Shown here one piece after another: positions 60,115 through 64,000 of a stretch of DNA of 64,000 bases (positions are counted from its first letter, which is position 1; every line of letters starts with the position of its first letter). The stretch spans positions 594 to 64,593 of the forward strand of contig JAKSKI010000001.1 of NCBI GenBank assembly GCA_024401865.1, written 5' to 3'. The translations under genes were made by a program, and so were the position numbers. The DNA is from Bacteroidales bacterium (GTDB lineage: Bacteria; Bacteroidota; Bacteroidia; Bacteroidales; UBA932). The notes beneath the pieces are model-generated. The model had not been told where the DNA came from, ran no database searches, and was given only the letters and a program-made list of their open reading frames with translations.

Positions 60115-61650
60115 CTAATGCTTGAAATGTCTTACTCCGGTGAATATCATTGTGATGCCGAGTTCATCAGCCTTCTGCACGGACTCTTCGTCGCGGATGC
60201 TGCCGCCCGGCTGGACAATGGCTGTCACACCATACCTGGCTGCCAGTTCCACTGTGTCTCCGAATGGGAGGAATCCGTCGGATGCGAGGATGAGGCCCTC
60301 GGTGAAACCTGCCGCCTGAGCCTCCTTGAGGGCGATTTCTGCGGAGCCCACGCGGTTGGTCTGACCTGCGCCTACTCCGATGGTATGGTTGTCACGTACG
60401 ACTGCGATGGCATTGGACTTGACGTGTTTGACTATCTTCCATCCGAAGTTGAGGTCGTCAAGCTGAGCCTTGGTGGGCTTGACCTTGGTGACGCACATAT
60501 CGGATGTGACTGTCTCTATCTGGGTGTCGAGTTTCTGGGCGAGCATACCTCCGTTGACGCTGATGAACTGGGGAATGGCCTTGTCGGACCTGGTCATATC
60601 CACTTCCATCACCCTGAGATTCTTCTTGGTAGCGAGTATCTCAAGGGCCTCGGGAGTGTATGAAGGAGCAATCACTATCTCAAGGAAAATGGGCTTCATA
60701 CCCGCTGCGACTTCGGCCGTGAGGGTCCTGTTGACAGCAACGATGCCTCCATAGATACTTACTGTGTCCGCCTCGTATGCTGCCTGCCAGGCTTCCTCTA
60801 TGGTCTTGCCGACGGCTGCACCGCAGGGATTCATATGCTTGAGAGCCACGCAGAAAGGCTCGTCGAAGTCGCGGACCACGTTGAGGGCTGCGTTGGCGTC
60901 CTGGATGTTGTTGTAGCTGAGCTCCTTGCCCTGGATCTGACGGGCGAAGGCAAGAGAGAACGGTGCGCTTTCGAGAGCTGAGAAGAATTTGGCATCCTGA
61001 TGAGGGTTCTCACCGTAACGGAGGCCCTGCTTGAGGTCATATTCGAGGAAGAGCTTCTCGTTGAGGCCCGCCTTTTCGCGCATATATGTGGCTATCATCA
61101 TATCATACTCGGCGGTATGGGTATATGCCTTGGCGCTGAGCTTGAGACGGGTGTCATCGGATGTCCAGCCGTTGGTGCGGAGTTCGTCGAGGACTTTGCC
61201 ATAGTCGGCGGGGTCGCAGACTATGTTGACGTCCTTCCAGTTCTTGGCTGCGCTGCGTACCATCGAGGGGCCGCCTATGTCGATGTTCTCGATGGCGTCC
61301 TCCATAGTCACGTCGGGTTTGGCTATGGTCTGCTTGAAGGGGTAGAGGTTGACACATACGAGTTCGATGGTCTGGATGCCGTTCTCCTTGAGCGTGGCCA
61401 TATGCTCGGGAATGTCGCGTCTGGCAAGGATGCCTCCGTGAACCTTGGGGTGGAGGGTCTTGACCCTGCCGTCACATATCTCGGGGAATCCCGTGACTTC
61501 GCTGATGCCTATAGTCTTGACACCATTGTCATCAAGGAGTTTCTTTGTGCCTCCGGTGGCGATAATCTCCCAATCGAGAGCCTGAAGGCCCTTGACGAAA
61601 TCAACCAGTCCGGTCTTGTCGCTGACGCTGACTAATGCTCTTCTTTTCAT
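60115..61650 (-). CDS. purH: AICAR transformylase/IMP cyclohydrolase
   Basis: ALVSVSDK, RYGENPHQ, QPGGSIRD, RHFKH. Confidence 0.97.
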   Translation of the reverse strand: MKRRALVSVSDKTGLVDFVKGLQALDWEIIATGGTKKLLDDNGVKTIGISEVTGFPEICDGRVKTLHPKVHGGILARRDIPEHMATLKENGIQTIELVCVNLYPFKQTIAKPDVTMEDAIENIDIGGPSMVRSAAKNWKDVNIVCDPADYGKVLDELRTNGWTSDDTRLKLSAKAYTHTAEYDMMIATYMREKAGLNEKLFLEYDLKQGLRYGENPHQDAKFFSALESAPFSLAFARQIQGKELSYNNIQDANAALNVVRDFDEPFCVALKHMNPCGAAVGKTIEEAWQAAYEADTVSIYGGIVAVNRTLTAEVAAGMKPIFLEIVIAPSYTPEALEILATKKNLRVMEVDMTRSDKAIPQFISVNGGMLAQKLDTQIETVTSDMCVTKVKPTKAQLDDLNFGWKIVKHVKSNAIAVVRDNHTIGVGAGQTNRVGSAEIALKEAQAAGFTEGLILASDGFLPFGDTVELAARYGVTAIVQPGGSIRDEESVQKADELGITMIFTGVRHFKH

Positions 61651-62210
61651 TTGTTCAATATCCTGTTAATTGTTTCTACATATAATTGATGTTCGATCAC
61701 CTGCCCCAGACGGTGCACTTCGGCGGGATCCCCACCGTCGTAGTCGAAAGAGCGCTGGGCGATGATGCGTCCTCCGTCGAGGGATTCGTCTACCCAGTGG
61801 ATGGTGATACCATATACCTTGACGCCGTATTCCACAGCCTGTTCGACGGCGTGGGCGCCCTTGAATGCGGGAAGCAGCGAAGGGTGGATGTTGATGATGC
61901 GGCCACCGTATCGGGACAGAAGCTCCTCACCGATTATGCGCATATATCCGGCGAGACATACGAGGTCTATGCCGATGGCGTCCATACGGTCGGCGATCTC
62001 CTTCTCGAAGTCAGCCTTGCAGGCATAATCCTTCGGATTGAAGACCAGAGTGGGAGTGCCGAACCTGACGGCGCGTCCGAGAACTCCGGCACCGGCTTTG
62101 TCGCACACCAGGATGGCGACCTCCGCATCTATCCGCCCGTCGGCGCATGCCTCCGCGATGGCTTCATAGTTGGTGCCGCTGCCACTTGCAAATACAGCCA
62201 GCTTTTTCAT
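61647..62210 (-). CDS. purN: GAR transformylase
   Basis: [21 protein letters not shown]. Confidence 0.96.
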   Translation of the reverse strand: MKKLAVFASGSGTNYEAIAEACADGRIDAEVAILVCDKAGAGVLGRAVRFGTPTLVFNPKDYACKADFEKEIADRMDAIGIDLVCLAGYMRIIGEELLSRYGGRIINIHPSLLPAFKGAHAVEQAVEYGVKVYGITIHWVDESLDGGRIIAQRSFDYDGGDPAEVHRLGQVIEHQLYVETINRILNK

Positions 62211-63238
62211 TGCATTATGATGTTGACACCGGGAGTGCCGGTGATTTTGCCGATGACGGAAGCCTTCTCTCCGTAAGAGCTCAGGATGGAGATGACCTTG
62301 TCGGCCTCGTCGGGCCTGACTGAAAGAACCATACCGATACCCATATTGAAGATGTTGAACATCTCGCGGTGGGGGATGCCGCCCCATTTCTCCAGACATT
62401 TGAAGACGGGAAGTATCTCCCAGCTGCCCTCATTGATTTCAATACCCTGTCCGGGTCTGAGGATGCGTGGAATGTTCTCGTCGAAACCGCCTCCGGTGAT
62501 GTGGGCCACTCCGTGGACGTCACAGTTGCGTATGACATCGAGTACCTGCTTGACGTAGATTCTGGTAGGGGTGAGGAGCACGTCTCCTAACCTGCGGCCT
62601 CCGAATTCGCTGATTTCATCGGTGTAGTTCAGGCCGGCGTCGGCAACTATCTTGCGCACGAGGCTGAATCCGTTGGAATGGACGCCCGTTGAAGCTATGC
62701 CCACAAGAACATCTCCTTCCGAGACTTTGCTTCCGTCTATGAGCCTGGATTTCTCTACTACGCCGGTAGTGTATCCGGCAATGTCATATTCTCCTCCCTC
62801 GTACATTCCGGGCATCTCGGCCGTTTCTCCTCCTACAAGGGCGCAACCTGCCTGGCGGCAACCTTCCGCCACTCCGGCCACAATGGCTTCGACCTTGGCG
62901 GGCTCGTTGTGCCCGACAGCCACATAGTCAAGGAAGATGAGCGGCTCGGCTCCCTGGGCAAGTACGTCGTTGACACACATAGCCACTGCGTCGATTCCCA
63001 CCGTGTCGTGCTTGTCCATTGCAAAGGCTATCTTGAGTTTGGTGCCGACGCCGTCCGTGCCGCTGACAAGGATGGGTTCCCTGATACCTAGAGAGGCGAG
63101 GTCGAACATTCCTCCGAACGAGCCTATGCCTCCCATCGAACCTGGCCTCTGGGTGGATTTGACGTGTTTCTTGATGCGGCTGACAACTTCGTAGCCGGCT
63201 TCGAGATTAACTCCCGCTTTTTCGTAATTTGCTGCCAT
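62207..63238 (-). CDS. purM: AIR synthetase
   Basis: [29 protein letters not shown]. Confidence 0.97.
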   Translation of the reverse strand: MAANYEKAGVNLEAGYEVVSRIKKHVKSTQRPGSMGGIGSFGGMFDLASLGIREPILVSGTDGVGTKLKIAFAMDKHDTVGIDAVAMCVNDVLAQGAEPLIFLDYVAVGHNEPAKVEAIVAGVAEGCRQAGCALVGGETAEMPGMYEGGEYDIAGYTTGVVEKSRLIDGSKVSEGDVLVGIASTGVHSNGFSLVRKIVADAGLNYTDEISEFGGRRLGDVLLTPTRIYVKQVLDVIRNCDVHGVAHITGGGFDENIPRILRPGQGIEINEGSWEILPVFKCLEKWGGIPHREMFNIFNMGIGMVLSVRPDEADKVISILSSYGEKASVIGKITGTPGVNIIMQ

Positions 63239-63244
63239 ATATCG

Positions 63245-64000
63245 TTATTCGTTTTCGTATAGAGAAGTGGGGTATTCGCCGTTGAAGCAGGCGAGACACA
63301 GTTCGGAGCAACCGCCTGTCGATGCCACGCAGTTGGCGCAGGATGCATATCCGAGAGAGTCCGCCTCTATCATCCTGCAGGCTTCCTCAAGGTTCCTGTC
63401 GGAGCAGAGAAGTTCTTCTTTGGTGGATGTGTCAACTCCATAGAAGCAGGGATGCTTCATCATCGGGCTGGCAATCCTGACGTGTACTTCGGATGCGCCT
63501 GCGGCCCTGAGCAGCTTGACAATCTTCAGACAGGTGGTACCTCTCACGATCGAGTCATCCACCAGTACCAGACGCTTGCCTGCCACGACGCTCTGCACTG
63601 CCGACAACTTCATCTGCACACTCTTCTCCCTCATTGTCTGTGAAGGCTGGATGAAAGTCCTGGCGATGTATCTGTTCTTGATGAGACCCGTTTCGAAGGG
63701 TATGCCGCTGCGTTCGGCATAGCCCATTGCCGCACTCAGTCCCGAATCCGGCACGCCGACTACAATATCGGCATCCGCAGGACATTCATCGGCGAGGCGA
63801 CGTCCGACCTCCTTGCGGAAATTGTGGACGTTGCATCCGTCTATGTCGCTGTCGGGACGGGCAATGTAGATGTATTCCATCGAGCAGACCTTGTGCTTCT
63901 TGAAATCCGAATAGTGATTGCTACGGATGCCGTGGTCATCTATGGTGACAATCTCGCCGGGTTCCACGTCGCGTATGAATTCCGCCCCGAGAAGCTGGAA
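63245..64000 (-). CDS. purF: Amidophosphoribosyltransferase; 5' end lies outside the window
   Basis: VPDSG, VDDSIVRGTT, PCFYGVD, CLACF. Confidence 0.95.
   Translation of the reverse strand, partial: FQLLGAEFIRDVEPGEIVTIDDHGIRSNHYSDFKKHKVCSMEYIYIARPDSDIDGCNVHNFRKEVGRRLADECPADADIVVGVPDSGLSAAMGYAERSGIPFETGLIKNRYIARTFIQPSQTMREKSVQMKLSAVQSVVAGKRLVLVDDSIVRGTTCLKIVKLLRAAGASEVHVRIASPMMKHPCFYGVDTSTKEELLCSDRNLEEACRMIEADSLGYASCANCVASTGGCSELCLACFNGEYPTSLYENE

Overview
Gene-dense window of about 60 CDS from a Bacteroidales chromosome (TAnnTTTG promoters, many lipoproteins; probably a rumen/gut lineage). It is mostly housekeeping: a Na+-translocating acyl-CoA decarboxylase cluster with birA, tyrS/trpS, tpiA, pth-rplY, xerD, recA/recX, rlmN, mtnN-luxS, kdgK-eda, a complete arg operon with carB, folD, and purF-M-N-H-D. 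I saw no rRNA, tRNA, CRISPR array or transposase. Most notable observations: (1) an AT-richer insert at about 50.3-54.6 kb encoding a secreted sphingomyelinase-D/PLD-like enzyme that converges on an apparently catalytically dead PI-PLC lipoprotein, each with a small lipoprotein partner; (2) an in-frame ArgR-GNAT (ArgA-like) fusion under a perfect ARG box; (3) a 5S rRNA loop-E mimic in the rplY (L25) leader; (4) an OadG/MmdD subunit fused to a biotin-carrier fold that lacks the biotin lysine; (5) a candidate ECF-sigma-driven small RNA. All family assignments come from reading motifs by eye; no database searches were run.
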